Shown here piece after piece: positions 37,569 through 46,326 of a stretch of DNA of 50,092 bases (position 1 is the stretch's first letter; every line of letters begins with the position of its first letter). The translations under genes were made by a program, and so were the position numbers. The notes beneath the pieces are model-generated. The model was not told where the DNA came from. It was given only the letters and a program-made list of their open reading frames with translations, and made no database searches. This DNA comes from a virus (Duplodnaviria; Caudoviricetes). The stretch spans positions 1 through 50,092 of the IMG/VR virus record IMGVR_UViG_3300033149_005642; one strand, given 5' to 3'.

Positions 37569-38105
37569 GAGGGGTTCGGCGAGAAATCTTATTACGAGTT
37601 CGCCTACCGCTCTTCGGGAAGAGAGGGCATGAGACCGGGGGACGAGCAGAAGATGAAGGTCCTCCACAAGCGTCAGGGAAATAAGACGTTGGAGCATGTA
37701 CCATAAGCGAGACTGGGCATGGCGTGGGGAATAGTCGGTACTTGACGGGGGACGGAGTAATATGGAGGGGGTGGTTTCGAGGAGGAGAAGTTTGTGGGTG
37801 TAAGCGTTGAGGAAGCGATAGAGGGCGGAGGATTGGCGGGTCCAATCGGCGGTGGTGAAGTTCTGGATAAGTTCGCGGGTGGAGGCTTTGCGCTCGACGC
37901 CGACAAGAGTGGGGGCTTCGAGAAGGCAGTAATCACCGGCATCGAGCTTGCGACGAAGGGTCTTGATGTGGATGCGGTAGGGGCGGGCATTGAGCCAGAA
38001 AGTGACGGTGGATGGAAAGAGGAGAGGCTTTTTCTCACGGGTGTCGAGAAGGACGGTGAGGGTTGTAGGGGGATGAGAGTTCATGGAAAAGTTCCTCGGT
38101 ACCAT
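37548..38105 (-). CDS. ERCC4/XPF-domain nuclease (putative resolvase)
   Basis: LLDTREKKP, LDAGDY, VERKA...EL motifs. Confidence 0.85.
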   Translation of the reverse strand: MVPRNFSMNSHPPTTLTVLLDTREKKPLLFPSTVTFWLNARPYRIHIKTLRRKLDAGDYCLLEAPTLVGVERKASTRELIQNFTTADWTRQSSALYRFLNAYTHKLLLLETTPSILLRPPSSTDYSPRHAQSRLWYMLQRLISLTLVEDLHLLLVPRSHALSSRRAVGELVIRFLAEPLLTRTSK

Positions 38106-38112
38106 AGCTATG

Positions 38113-38742
38113 TCATATTACCATGAGATGGGTTGTGGGGGGATGGACGGCCACGTGCCACACGCAATGCATGTACGCGATGGAGTCCGTCTTCCCGTCG
38201 GGCGTAAAGGATAGGCGGGAAGAGTGGACGAAGGCGTAAAGGGGCATGTGGGCTTTCCAGAAAGGAAGACGTTTACGGGACTCGAAGAAGTTGAGACGGA
38301 GGAGCATGACGACCCAAGCCTCGCTTTCCTGGAGGGCTTTCTCGATGAAGTCCTGGGCAAGGGCAAAGGGAGGATTCGTGATGATGAGGTTATAGAGGAG
38401 ATGGGAAGGAGGTTCCCAAGTAAGGTAATCGGCGATAACGTCGGCGCGGGAATCGGTCCGTATATCGACGGTAGTGAGGGGAGGAGCATATCCTTCTCTC
38501 AGGGTGTACCGGTGGATGGCGTCAGGATAGGCCATAGAAGCGTCGGAGGAGCCTCCCGCAGCGGGGTCGAGGATGGGACCGTAAAGGAGGGCTTGTTTGA
38601 AAGAGGGACCGGGGGGTGTGGGGAGGACGGTTTTGTGTTCTTCGAGGTCGAGGATGGCCTTTAGAAAGTCGAGGATGGCGGAAACGGGGGTTACGTAATA
38701 GTCGCTGACGTGACGTTGACCGCCTCGTTTAGTGCTGCTCAT
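38113..38742 (-). CDS. DNA amino-methyltransferase (N6-A/N4-C)
   Basis: DYYVTP, ILDPAAG (motif I), IITNPPF (motif IV), MLLRLNF. Confidence 0.85.
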   Translation of the reverse strand: MSSTKRGGQRHVSDYYVTPVSAILDFLKAILDLEEHKTVLPTPPGPSFKQALLYGPILDPAAGGSSDASMAYPDAIHRYTLREGYAPPLTTVDIRTDSRADVIADYLTWEPPSHLLYNLIITNPPFALAQDFIEKALQESEAWVVMLLRLNFFESRKRLPFWKAHMPLYAFVHSSRLSFTPDGKTDSIAYMHCVWHVAVHPPTTHLMVI

Positions 38743-41503
38743 TGCTGGGTCCTCCTTTTCGACGGCAATCGATGATCTGGGCATTGTAAGTTATAGGGAC
38801 CGTAGTCCCGTAATGGTGCTCAAGGAAGGGAAGGAGAGGAGGGTGGGTGAAATAGTGGTCTACGAGAGAGAGAACGGGGAGAAGTTCTCCGTCGGGGGGC
38901 ACGTCGAGGAGGAGGGAATCGTAGACCTGGAGAGGGATACGGGTGCGGAAGCGACGGGCGGTGAAGGCGCGAAGAAGGGCGTAGTGGATGCTGTGAAGGA
39001 TTTGAGCGGCGAGAGTTTGAATGGGGAAGTTGCAGATCTCATTGGTGTAGGTTTTGAGGACGGCGAGATCGCCTCCGCTGAAGGTACGGGACCAGCCGGT
39101 GGGAAGTTCGAGATAGCCTTGGTGGATGGCGGTCTCGATGAGAGAGTCTTGCCAACGGATGAGGACGGAGTGACGACGGTCGAAAGCATAGCAGAACCGG
39201 GAGACGTCGGAGAGATGAAGGTCGCCGCTGAAGGTTTCGGAGGTGATGAGGAGATGGTGAAGTTTGGTGGGGGAGGCGCGATAGAGCTTGCCGAAGTTGA
39301 TGGTCTTGGCGATATGGCGGGCGCGGGAATAATCGGGGTGGTCCGGGGTGAGGCCGGGATAGAAGAGTGTAGCGGTCTCGTGGTGGAAGTCGCGGCCTTC
39401 CCGGAAGACGGTGAGAAGAGCGGGATCGCCGGAGCAAAGGGCGGCCACACGAAGTTCGATCTGGGAAAGGTCAACCCAGACGAGGTAACCGTGGTAGCGG
39501 GAGGTGAGACAGTTCTTGATGGAATCCGGGAAGGTTTGCGCTCCCGGATTGGAACAGGTCACGCGGCCCTGTATGGTTCCGCCTCCCGCCTCCCGACCGG
39601 AAGTCTCGGCGCGGCTGTAGGGAACCGGATACCAGGAAGGATAAGCGTAGCCGATGGGGTACTTCTTGCCCCGTCCCCCGTCAGTTTTCGTTATGTGGGT
39701 TATGCCTTTGCGGGGGTTGTGGAGAAGAGGTTTTACATAGGAAGACCAGGCTTTGAAGGCTTCGGTGTGGTCGAGGAGGAAGCGGAGAGCGGGGTGGGAG
39801 TGCCGAGATTGAATGGTAAGGATGTTTTCGCGGCGAGTGCTGAGCTTGTTGGTCTTGGCGGTCCAGAGAAGAGGGAGAGTGGAGAGGTCGCCGGGTTTGA
39901 GGAGGGATTCGAGGAAGTCGCGTTTGGACTTGTCGGAGCCCTTGCCGCGAAGAATGAGATTGTGGGCGGCGGCTTGTTCTTCGAGGGAGGAGAGGGTGGA
40001 GCGGAGGGCGGAGGCGAGGGAGCGGAGCTTGGGGAGATCGAAAGTGATGCCGTTCTCGACGAGATCGAGAGTGATCCAGAGAAGTTCGGAGCGACGGGCG
40101 GCGCAGTGGGCTGAAAGTTTGGGGGAAGAGGAACCGTAGCGAGAGGCGATGGCGGAACGGAGATGGAAGAAGAGCTTGAGGGTGGCTTCGGTGTCGGTAG
40201 CGTTGTAGAGGTGGAGGTTGGGGTCGTCGGGGGAACGGGCCTTGGCGGAGAGGCGTGCGTTGACGGCGAGGTGCTCGTAGTCGGCCACGCCGAGGAGCTG
40301 GGCGAGGGGTTTGAGGGACTTTTCGGGGCGGAGTTCATAGTCGAGGTGGTTCAGGATGGCGATGTCGTCGAGGAGAAGAGGCGGAGAGAGGTAGGGGCGG
40401 AGGAGGGGATCGGCGGCGCGAAGGTAGGAGAGGTCGAAGCAGATGTTCTTGCCGAGAAGGACGGTGTCGGGACTGCGACGGAGGACATGGAGCCAGTTGC
40501 GGAGACGGACGCGGTCGTCGTGGTTGGGCCATAGGAACAGGATTGTGCGGAGGTTCCGGGCGGGGTTGGAAGGGTCGTAGGCGTCGTTGCGGTAGAAGGA
40601 GAGGCAGACGGAAACGACTTGACGGGGGACGGGGCAATGGTCAACGTAACGGGATTTGGTGGGGTGGAAGACGGTCTGGTCGCGGGACTGGAGAATGCCG
40701 TAGGTTTCTATGTCGATGGAGAAGTAGCGGGCGGGAGGCGTGGTGGGGAAGGGGATGGAGGCGGCGGGAGTGGGTGCGGCGGTGGGGGGTGGAAGAGCGC
40801 GGCGACCGGAAACGGTGGATTCGAGAAGATCGAAATGGGCGGCCATCGCTTCGATGTTGGAGGGAGAGCGTCCCGGAAGCGTGGCTGCAGGATGATAGGT
40901 GGCGAAGGTCGGGAAGGCGACGGACTGGAGGGCAAGGTAGGCGGGGTGGGACTGGTGGTTCTTTGACGGGGGACGGAATTTGACGTGGCGGCCTTGGAGA
41001 GTGAAAGCGGAAGCCAGTTTGAGGTTGAGGAGGGATTTGGTGGCGGTGGCCCCACAGCAAAGAACGTAGATGGTGGAGTAGCGGACGGAGAGGAAGTGGA
41101 GGTCGCGGTAAAGGTGGATGCGGCATATGGAAAGTTCGCGCTGGTTGGCGTTGCCCTCGTGGGGGAGGGGACAGCGGAGGGCGTTGGAGAGGAAGATGTC
41201 GCAGTGGTCGGAGAGGGAGGTGGTGGAGAGGAGGCGTTGGAGGAGCTGGCCGGAAGTGCCGACCCAGCAGGCGGATTGGGCGGTTTCTTCGCGGCCCGGC
41301 GCTTCGCCGACGATGAAGAGAGCCGAGGTGTGGGAGTTGTCGCCGGACCAGTGACGGGAAGGAATGGGATTGTGGGTTTGCGGATCGCGGAGCGGACAGG
41401 CTTCGCAGAGAGAAGAATCGAGAGGCGGGAAAGTGAGCTTGCCCGGCCAATCGTGGAGATGGAGAAACGGAAGAGTTTTGGAAAGAGTGTCGAGTCGCGG
41501 CAT
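38729..41503 (-). CDS. polA: Family A DNA polymerase with N-terminal family-4 uracil-DNA glycosylase domain and 3'-5' exonuclease
   Basis: UDG: CEACPL, VGEAPGREE, VGTSG, NALRC, TYHPAA. Exo: IDIET, FDLSYL, YNATD. Pol: GRVTCSNP, DLSQIELR, RHIAKTINFGKLY, NFPIQ, QVYDSL. ATG at 41503 just downstream of a promoter. Confidence 0.92.
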   Translation of the reverse strand: MPRLDTLSKTLPFLHLHDWPGKLTFPPLDSSLCEACPLRDPQTHNPIPSRHWSGDNSHTSALFIVGEAPGREETAQSACWVGTSGQLLQRLLSTTSLSDHCDIFLSNALRCPLPHEGNANQRELSICRIHLYRDLHFLSVRYSTIYVLCCGATATKSLLNLKLASAFTLQGRHVKFRPPSKNHQSHPAYLALQSVAFPTFATYHPAATLPGRSPSNIEAMAAHFDLLESTVSGRRALPPPTAAPTPAASIPFPTTPPARYFSIDIETYGILQSRDQTVFHPTKSRYVDHCPVPRQVVSVCLSFYRNDAYDPSNPARNLRTILFLWPNHDDRVRLRNWLHVLRRSPDTVLLGKNICFDLSYLRAADPLLRPYLSPPLLLDDIAILNHLDYELRPEKSLKPLAQLLGVADYEHLAVNARLSAKARSPDDPNLHLYNATDTEATLKLFFHLRSAIASRYGSSSPKLSAHCAARRSELLWITLDLVENGITFDLPKLRSLASALRSTLSSLEEQAAAHNLILRGKGSDKSKRDFLESLLKPGDLSTLPLLWTAKTNKLSTRRENILTIQSRHSHPALRFLLDHTEAFKAWSSYVKPLLHNPRKGITHITKTDGGRGKKYPIGYAYPSWYPVPYSRAETSGREAGGGTIQGRVTCSNPGAQTFPDSIKNCLTSRYHGYLVWVDLSQIELRVAALCSGDPALLTVFREGRDFHHETATLFYPGLTPDHPDYSRARHIAKTINFGKLYRASPTKLHHLLITSETFSGDLHLSDVSRFCYAFDRRHSVLIRWQDSLIETAIHQGYLELPTGWSRTFSGGDLAVLKTYTNEICNFPIQTLAAQILHSIHYALLRAFTARRFRTRIPLQVYDSLLLDVPPDGELLPVLSLVDHYFTHPPLLPFLEHHYGTTVPITYNAQIIDCRRKGGPSNEQH

Positions 41504-41563
41504 GGCAGTGCTCCACCGAAGAACGGAACGGATTGTTGGGAGTTCTGTGTCCCGTCCCCCGTC

Positions 41564-41592
41564 AGTATAGCGGATGGAAGGGGACGTGTCAA
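41564..41592 (-). promoter_or_regulatory. Near-consensus sigma70 promoter for the DNA polymerase operon
   Basis: TTGACA-17 bp-TATACT on the - strand, with an A/T-rich tract upstream. Confidence 0.85.
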
Positions 41593-41848
41593 GCGAAAAA
41601 AGATAAAATAAGGTAAAATTTTTTTTGGGAAGAGCGAGTGGAAATTTCAATGTAGGGGGGCCTCTCCCCCATGCCTTGATGAACGTCGAGATGGGCTCGT
41701 CGTAACTCTTTGCGGTGCAAGAGGTTATGACTTGCTTCCTCTTTATTGATCGCGCGCGCGCGACCTGGTATGCTGGCGGTGTCGGCGCGCGTCGCGTCGA
41801 GGGAAGGGTAGGTGGGGGTGGTATGGGGTGGTATAGGACGGGAAGGAG

Positions 41849-42115
41849 GTGATGGATGTTGGCACGGTGATAGAGGAGGTGGAGGCGTTCCTGGATGGTA
41901 GGGAGGCCCACCGGGAAGGCCTACGTTCCACCGGTCGGGAGCTATGGAGGGGCCCCACCCTCGTGGCCCGGTGGAACAGAGGGGCAGTCGAGGTCCTTTC
42001 CCCTGTAAGGGGGGAGTCCCCCCAGGTGAGGAAGGACAGGGTGGTGCTGGTGCGGGCGATCGCACTGGCAATGAGGAGAAGACAACATGGACACCATACA
42101 GGTGACGGTCATTGA
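41849..42115 (+). CDS. Hypothetical protein, first gene of the G-rich accessory arm
   Basis: AGGAGGT RBS. Confidence 0.6.
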   Translation: MMDVGTVIEEVEAFLDGREAHREGLRSTGRELWRGPTLVARWNRGAVEVLSPVRGESPQVRKDRVVLVRAIALAMRRRQHGHHTGDGH

Positions 42116-42287
42116 GGGGGTGGAGCGGACCCTCCTCCAGCTCCCCGTGGGGGCTACCCTGGCGGATGTGGCCAGGGGCCGTGTGGCTACACTGAACGGT
42201 AACCCCGTGACGGGGGATTACCGGGAGGCGAAGCTGTCGGACGGTGACCAGGTGGTCCTGACGAAGGCCACGGAGGTCGCCGGGTAG
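42087..42287 (+). CDS. Ubiquitin-like (ThiS/MoaD beta-grasp) protein
   Basis: 66 aa; LPVGATLADV...LNG...LSDGDQVVL, ends in AG; GAGGAG RBS; directly upstream of an E1-like gene. Confidence 0.75.
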   Translation: MDTIQVTVIEGVERTLLQLPVGATLADVARGRVATLNGNPVTGDYREAKLSDGDQVVLTKATEVAG

Positions 42288-42304
42288 TAGTCGTGGTAGG
42301 AGGC

Positions 42305-42337
42305 GGGGGATCGGGGCCACGGGGGCTCCGGTCCCCC
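42305..42337 (+). other. Intergenic stem-loop between the Ubl and E1 genes
   Basis: GGGGGATCGGGGCC-ACGG-GGCTCCGGTCCCCC (with G:U pairs). Confidence 0.6.
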
Positions 42338-42362
42338 ATTCTCCATCGAGGAGGGAGGAGAT

Positions 42363-43085
42363 ATGAGCGAGAAGAGGACGTGGATAATCGTTGGGGCGGG
42401 GGGGCTGCTGTACCATAGCCTGCCAGCCCTGGCGGTGTATGCAGGGGAGCGGGTGCTGACGGTGGACCCCGACATTGTGGAGGAGGGCAACGCGGGGAGA
42501 CAGTGGCCGGGAGGCAGGGGCTGGGGGAAGGCCCTGCTGGCCGGGAAGGCGTTGGGGGAGTTGGCGGGGTGTACGGAGGTTCGTCCCGTCTCGGTGGAGG
42601 CGGAGAAGGATGAGGTGGCGATGTGGTTGGGTATGGAGGGGAGCCGTCCGGGGAAGAAGGTGGGGGTTGTGTGTTTGCCCGACAACGACAAGGCCAGGAT
42701 GGGGTGCGTGGCCGGGTTCAGGAGGGCCGGGGTCCCTGATGCGGTGGCGATCCTGGCGGGGAACAATGTGCAGGGGGGGTGGGTAGCGGGGACGAGGACG
42801 GACGAGAAGGGACGGCTGGTGTGGAACCCGGTGAGGGCACTGGGAATAGGACGCCAGCAGGCAAGGGGAGAGAGGAGGCCCTGCGGGTGGAACCAGCAGA
42901 GTCTGGAGGGGAATGCCAGGACGGCGGGCTTGGTGGCCCAGGCCCTGGCGGCGATGGTGGAGGGAGGAGCCCCATGCTGTTATGGGGAATGGGAGTTGGG
43001 GGAGGAGAAGGAATTGGGTCGTCAGGACAGGTGGCTGTGGCAAGTGGGACCACAGGTGCCGGGTTTCCATAAGGAGGGTGAGTGA
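42363..43085 (+). CDS. ThiF/E1-like adenylyltransferase
   Basis: IIVGAGG, VDPDIVEEGNAGRQ, K, CLPDNDKAR, and candidate catalytic PC followed by Q....N...A. Confidence 0.82.
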   Translation: MSEKRTWIIVGAGGLLYHSLPALAVYAGERVLTVDPDIVEEGNAGRQWPGGRGWGKALLAGKALGELAGCTEVRPVSVEAEKDEVAMWLGMEGSRPGKKVGVVCLPDNDKARMGCVAGFRRAGVPDAVAILAGNNVQGGWVAGTRTDEKGRLVWNPVRALGIGRQQARGERRPCGWNQQSLEGNARTAGLVAQALAAMVEGGAPCCYGEWELGEEKELGRQDRWLWQVGPQVPGFHKEGE

Positions 43086-44095
43086 TGGTAGAGGGACTGT
43101 GGTATCAGGGGGGCAAGATTTGGAGAGTTGCGAGGGGGGAAGGCGTGGAGGCCGTCGTTCCGGTGACGGACCGGTGGCTGGAGTCGGTGCAGGTAGAGGG
43201 GGAGGAGGGGGAGCCCAGGTTGGTGAAACTGAGTGAGGAGTTGATACCTCCCCCACGGGAGGTGGGGACCTGGTTGAGGTTCCTCCGGCCCACCGCCCAG
43301 AGGATGGGGGTGGAGGTGGGGGGGTATGTGTTGAGGAGGAAGAAGAAGGGGGAGGAAGGGGGATGGGAGTGGACGATGTATTGTCCTCCCCAGGAGTGCA
43401 GTGCGGCAGGGTGGTCGGTGACCGAGGTGGACCAGAAGGTCCACCTCCCGCTCGCCCTGAGGATAGATGGGGGTGGATGGCAGAGGATAGGGACGATGCA
43501 CCTGCATCCGGGAGGTGCACGGCACGGGGCACCGGAACCTTCCGGGATTGATGAGCGGGAATGGGAGGACAATCCGGGGGTCTATCTTATAGGGTGGACC
43601 CAGGAGGGGAGTCACGTGTCGGTGAGCGTGGCGGTGATAGGCCATGTATTCCCGTTTGTGGTGGGGATACGGGCCATCATGGGGGGAGACGGGGTCGTAT
43701 GGACCGAGGGGGGCAAACCCCTTGGGGAATTAGTGAGGAAGAGGACGTATTCCTCCTCGTACTTGTGCTCCACCGCGTGGGAGTGGAGTAAGGGAGGTAC
43801 GGGGCGGAGCGCCGAGGAGAACTGGAGGACGGGATACGACCGGGTGTTCGGGTACGGGTACGGGTACGAGGACTACGGGAAGGAGGACATCGGTGGGGGA
43901 GTACAGGGGGATGTCGGGAGTTACAGTTATGTACCGGCATCGCTGGACGAGGCTATCCTGGATGCTGAGGCCAGTGTGAGTGAGGCACTGGACTGGGCCG
44001 AGGTGGCCGGGACGGAGAGGGAGCAGAAGAAGATAAAGAGGGCCCTGCGCCTCATACAGGAGGTGGAGGCCGCCCGCATGGAAAGGGGGGAGTGA
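43082..44095 (+). CDS. JAB/JAMM (MPN+) metalloprotease
   Basis: Upstream E (GVEVGG), PPQECS, GTMHLHP...PSGID (HxH-x-S-x2-D). Confidence 0.75.
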   Translation: MMVEGLWYQGGKIWRVARGEGVEAVVPVTDRWLESVQVEGEEGEPRLVKLSEELIPPPREVGTWLRFLRPTAQRMGVEVGGYVLRRKKKGEEGGWEWTMYCPPQECSAAGWSVTEVDQKVHLPLALRIDGGGWQRIGTMHLHPGGARHGAPEPSGIDEREWEDNPGVYLIGWTQEGSHVSVSVAVIGHVFPFVVGIRAIMGGDGVVWTEGGKPLGELVRKRTYSSSYLCSTAWEWSKGGTGRSAEENWRTGYDRVFGYGYGYEDYGKEDIGGGVQGDVGSYSYVPASLDEAILDAEASVSEALDWAEVAGTEREQKKIKRALRLIQEVEAARMERGE

Positions 44096-44096
44096 G

Positions 44097-45683
44097 ATGA
44101 GTCAGCAGACCAGTAAGACCAGGTGGCCGGGGATGGTGAGTTGTAGGACCAGGAACCCGTTGCATCGTCCTCTAGTGGAAGGGGTCCCGGAGGAGCGCGA
44201 GTGGACGGGGGTCCTGTTGTGGTGGAGGGCCCTGGGGCGGGGAGAGTGTAGGGTGTACTCCCATGGTGGTATGCAGTTCACGAGGACTGGGCGGTTGGCA
44301 CCCACGGTGCTCTTGAGGGATGGGGGGGAGGACCGGGTGTGGGGGAAATATGAGGACGGGATGCTGGAGTTCGGCATACCAGGGGCGATATTGGAGGCCA
44401 TGCGGGGGAGAGCTGAGGAGGGCCTGGACGTGGTGATCCCCCAGATGGCGGATTGTAGGGTGCCCCAGTCGAGTAGTGGAGCGTCCCTGTGCCTGGTGGT
44501 CCTGAATGGGACCGTCATGTATCCATGTACGGGGGTGGATTACGGGGACGTTCGGAGCGGCCAGGTGTTGAAGGGAGTAGTGACCGGGTGGGGGGTGAGT
44601 CCCACGAATGAGCTGGTGAGGAGGGGATGGTGGGCGTACCACCTGGAGGATGAGGTTCTCGACAAGTGGGCCGAGATACTGGGGAGTTGGAAGGAGCAGG
44701 GAATAGGTCAGAGAATGGGGATACTGGAGTGGAGGCCGGGGAAGGGGAGCACCTGGATCGATGCATGGTTGGAGAAGGGGACGACGAGGCGGATTGTGCG
44801 GATGAAGAGGTACGGTCCCGTGAAGGGGTTCCGGATCGGGGAGGAAGAGGAGAGGGAACCGGTCAGCCGGAGGCAGCGGTGGACGGTGGCGCAGAGGTAC
44901 CGGGTGGGACGGTGGTGCCAGGTGTGTGGGAGACTGGTGAAGGATGGGAGAGTGTGGGTACACTCCGACTGTGGTAGGGAGTGGTTGGAGGTGCCGTGTG
45001 ACCAGTGCGGGGAACTCGTCGAGGTCTCCGGGGATGAATACGAGGAGGTTGTGGTCGAGCAAGGACGGTATGTATGTGAGGACTGTAGGGGACCCGTCTA
45101 CTACTGCGCGGGGTGTGGGGAGAGACTGGACGAGGAGGACGTGTATACGCATGATGATGACGTGTACTGCCATTCCTGTTGGGAGGACGTGTTAGGGGAA
45201 TTCCAGCGGGAAGAGGAGAGGGAGTGTGTGGTGTGTGGAAGTAGGGTGACCGGGTATACTGACGCGGAGTGGGACGAGAACAGGGAGTTGTGTGAGGACT
45301 GCTACAGGGAAGCTGAGCGGGCAAGGCACTGCTCCCGGTGTACCAGGACGGAGAGGGGGTACATGGACGAGGAGTGGGAGGAGGGAGGAGAGATATGTAC
45401 CAGGTGCTGGGCGAGGGACCAGGGCATACTGGTATGCGAGTCGTGTGGATTGTGGATGAGGGGGTTCGACGAGAGGGTGTGGAGGCGGTGGGGCAGGAGG
45501 TGCCCGGAGTGTGCGAACGCTTACGGAGGGGTGTGGGAAGGAGAAGTAGAGAGGGAATTGGAGCAGTATGCGGGGTCGCGTAGGATCTCCATAAGGACGA
45601 GGAGCCGGGGAGGGTTCGTCCCCCGCGCCCCGGTTAGGGAATATAGGAGGGCGAGCGTTCCCCCAGGAGGTAACCAGGGATAG
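44097..45683 (+). CDS. Protein with tandem CxxC zinc-finger repeats
   Basis: About 11 CxxC pairs in the C-terminal half; N-terminal half unrecognised. Confidence 0.75.
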   Translation: MSQQTSKTRWPGMVSCRTRNPLHRPLVEGVPEEREWTGVLLWWRALGRGECRVYSHGGMQFTRTGRLAPTVLLRDGGEDRVWGKYEDGMLEFGIPGAILEAMRGRAEEGLDVVIPQMADCRVPQSSSGASLCLVVLNGTVMYPCTGVDYGDVRSGQVLKGVVTGWGVSPTNELVRRGWWAYHLEDEVLDKWAEILGSWKEQGIGQRMGILEWRPGKGSTWIDAWLEKGTTRRIVRMKRYGPVKGFRIGEEEEREPVSRRQRWTVAQRYRVGRWCQVCGRLVKDGRVWVHSDCGREWLEVPCDQCGELVEVSGDEYEEVVVEQGRYVCEDCRGPVYYCAGCGERLDEEDVYTHDDDVYCHSCWEDVLGEFQREEERECVVCGSRVTGYTDAEWDENRELCEDCYREAERARHCSRCTRTERGYMDEEWEEGGEICTRCWARDQGILVCESCGLWMRGFDERVWRRWGRRCPECANAYGGVWEGEVERELEQYAGSRRISIRTRSRGGFVPRAPVREYRRASVPPGGNQG

Positions 45684-45694
45684 GAGGGAGGACA

Positions 45695-45898
45695 ATGAGA
45701 CGGGAAGAGAGTAGTAGGGACGTGGAGAAGAGGGGCAAGAGGAGGAAGAGGGGCATGGAGTACGTAGAGGGACACATCAGGGTAGAGGACTTCTTCCAGT
45801 GCGCGGGGTGCCACCGGGTCCTCCCGGTCGAGGAAGCGGAACAGTATGACCGGGGGAGGTGGTGGTGCTGGAGGTGCTCGCCGGACCCGTTCGAGTAA
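45695..45898 (+). CDS. Small zinc-ribbon protein
   Basis: CAGC...CWRC; GGAGG RBS. Confidence 0.55.
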   Translation: MRREESSRDVEKRGKRRKRGMEYVEGHIRVEDFFQCAGCHRVLPVEEAEQYDRGRWWCWRCSPDPFE

Positions 45899-45929
45899 GG
45901 TGGTATGGGAAGATATGGGAGGACATGGG

Positions 45930-46100
45930 ATGAGAATCGTGATAAGGTTGGAAGGGGGGTACCTGTCGGAAGTGATGGTGCCCCCAGGGTATCCGTGGAG
46001 GGTGATACTATGGGATAGGATGGACGATCGGGAGGATGACGTGGAGTACGATGAGGATACGGAGGGGTTGGTACCCGTGGAATGGGAGGTGAAGCCATGA
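45930..46100 (+). CDS. Small acidic hypothetical protein
   Basis: GGAGG RBS; ATGA overlap with next gene. Confidence 0.55.
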   Translation: MRIVIRLEGGYLSEVMVPPGYPWRVILWDRMDDREDDVEYDEDTEGLVPVEWEVKP

Positions 46101-46309
46101 AGTGCAGGATATGCGGGAAGAAGGGGTTCAAGGCGGCGTGGGAGGTGGCCGCCCACAAGGCCAAGGAACATCCGGGGGCACCGAGCAGGAGGGAAGAACG
46201 GATGACGGGGGACGGGGTAAGGGGGAAGAAGAAGGGGGGAATGGAAGAGTTCGTGTTCCGGCACTGTCCCCACTGTGGGGGCAGGTTGCCGAGGGTAGTA
46301 GGGTTTTAG
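46097..46309 (+). CDS. C2H2-like zinc finger protein
   Basis: CRICGKKGF...AAHKAKEH plus CPHCG. Confidence 0.65.
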   Translation: MKCRICGKKGFKAAWEVAAHKAKEHPGAPSRREERMTGDGVRGKKKGGMEEFVFRHCPHCGGRLPRVVGF

Positions 46310-46326
46310 GTGGGGGACACAGGACG

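Noticed and set aside
41504-41911. N-terminal extension of the polymerase ORF to 1060 aa
   Set aside because: It contains the promoter and divergent intergenic region; ATG 41503 is the plausible start
41589-43532. 647-aa Pro-rich - strand ORF
   Set aside because: Artefact of extreme G skew; it overlaps motif-bearing + strand genes with good RBSs
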